Positions 63,408-64,000 of a stretch of DNA of 64,000 nt are shown piece by piece (position 1 is the first letter of the stretch; each line of letters starts with the position of its first letter). The position numbers and the translations under genes are program-made. Source of the stretch: Euprymna scolopes (lineage: Eukaryota); assembly GCA_053919585.1 (NCBI GenBank), contig CM132807.1, one strand, 5' to 3'. Below the pieces are notes generated by a model, which was given only the letters and a program-made list of their open reading frames with translations, made no database searches and had not been told where the DNA came from.

Positions 63408-64000
63408 CTCCCCCCTGATCTCATGATCACAAACAGGACATGCGGGCAATCGTCGTTGGCGGGTACTCCTTCGAAGAAGCACTTCCTCATTGCTGTTTTC
63501 TTCATTACCACCATCATTACTACCAGTCTGTTCCATTATCCCGTCTCGTGGTTCCATAGGCGGTGTCTCACAATCAGGGCAGGGGGGCAGTATCCGTCTT
63601 TGTCGGGTACTTCTCCGAAGAATCGGAGGCGTCATCTCCTCGGTATGCTCCATCATCCCTTCTCGCTGGGTTTCGCAATCACGGGGGGTGGGCAGTATTC
63701 GTCTCTGTCGAGTATTTCGATGAGGCATTACTTCCTTGTGTCCATCGCTCTCCTCACTATTGTCATCAGTATGTCCCATCATTCCCTCATCTGGTTCTGT
63801 TGGTGGTGTTTCTATGCTCACCTGAAGGGGCAGTAAGTGATCAGGATCATCTCTGAACGGTGTGTGATCCTCCTCATCGTCCTCAGAATCAGAAGAGGTA
63901 TAACAAGGGCGGATATCTTTTACGTGACGTGGTATGCCACCAATCAACATGGTCTGAGGACTTATGATTTCATCTATTTTTCCCCGGAAAAATTTCGTAG
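63378..64000 (-). CDS. C-terminal tail of an LTR-retrotransposon (Gypsy-like) Pol/integrase; open to the window edge
   Basis: The frame continues upstream without a stop (TKFFRGKIDEIISPQTMLIGGIPRHVKDIRP, an SH3-like integrase C-terminal segment). An acidic tail with repeated RRSTRQRR follows. The ORF runs through the PPT into the LTR. Confidence 0.8.
   Translation of the reverse strand, partial: TKFFRGKIDEIISPQTMLIGGIPRHVKDIRPCYTSSDSEDDEEDHTPFRDDPDHLLPLQVSIETPPTEPDEGMMGHTDDNSEESDGHKEVMPHRNTRQRRILPTPRDCETQREGMMEHTEEMTPPILRRSTRQRRILPPCPDCETPPMEPRDGIMEQTGSNDGGNEENSNEEVLLRRSTRQRRLPACPVCDHEIRGECGEMRDLPG

Noticed and set aside
63423-63856. Three overlapping + strand ORFs opposite the Gypsy tail
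   Set aside because: Expected shadow ORFs of a GC-richer repetitive coding strand.

Overview
AT-rich eukaryotic genomic DNA, most consistent with an invertebrate animal, from a gapped assembly with four short N-runs. I found no supportable host protein-coding gene, rRNA or intact tRNA. Most ORF-track entries are microsatellite, N-gap or low-complexity artefacts, or pieces of transposon pseudogenes. The window is a layered transposable-element graveyard. It holds three long-TIR Tc1/Tc3-like elements, three mariner remnants, six copies of an AP-endonuclease-type LINE group, an RTE fragment, and a same-orientation array of RLE-type (R4/Dong-like) LINE ends beside (TAA)n tracts. It also holds three Gypsy integrase remnants with LTRs, solo LTRs, several Helitron/DINE-like non-autonomous elements, tRNA-derived SINE-like repeats and many (TA)n tracts. 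The most interesting structures are: (1) an inverted repeat at 45.4-45.7 kb whose two arms together reconstruct a Penelope-type minimal hammerhead ribozyme; (2) an open Gypsy pol tail with a triplicated RRSTRQRR-(CxxC) module; (3) the R4/Dong-like array; (4) matching TTAA-flanked piggyBac-like termini about 9.9 kb apart; (5) a minisatellite built from a Helitron 3' terminus. All alignments were made by eye, family names come from motif recognition rather than database searches, and boundaries are approximate. Nothing here can be shown to be a new biological system from sequence alone.
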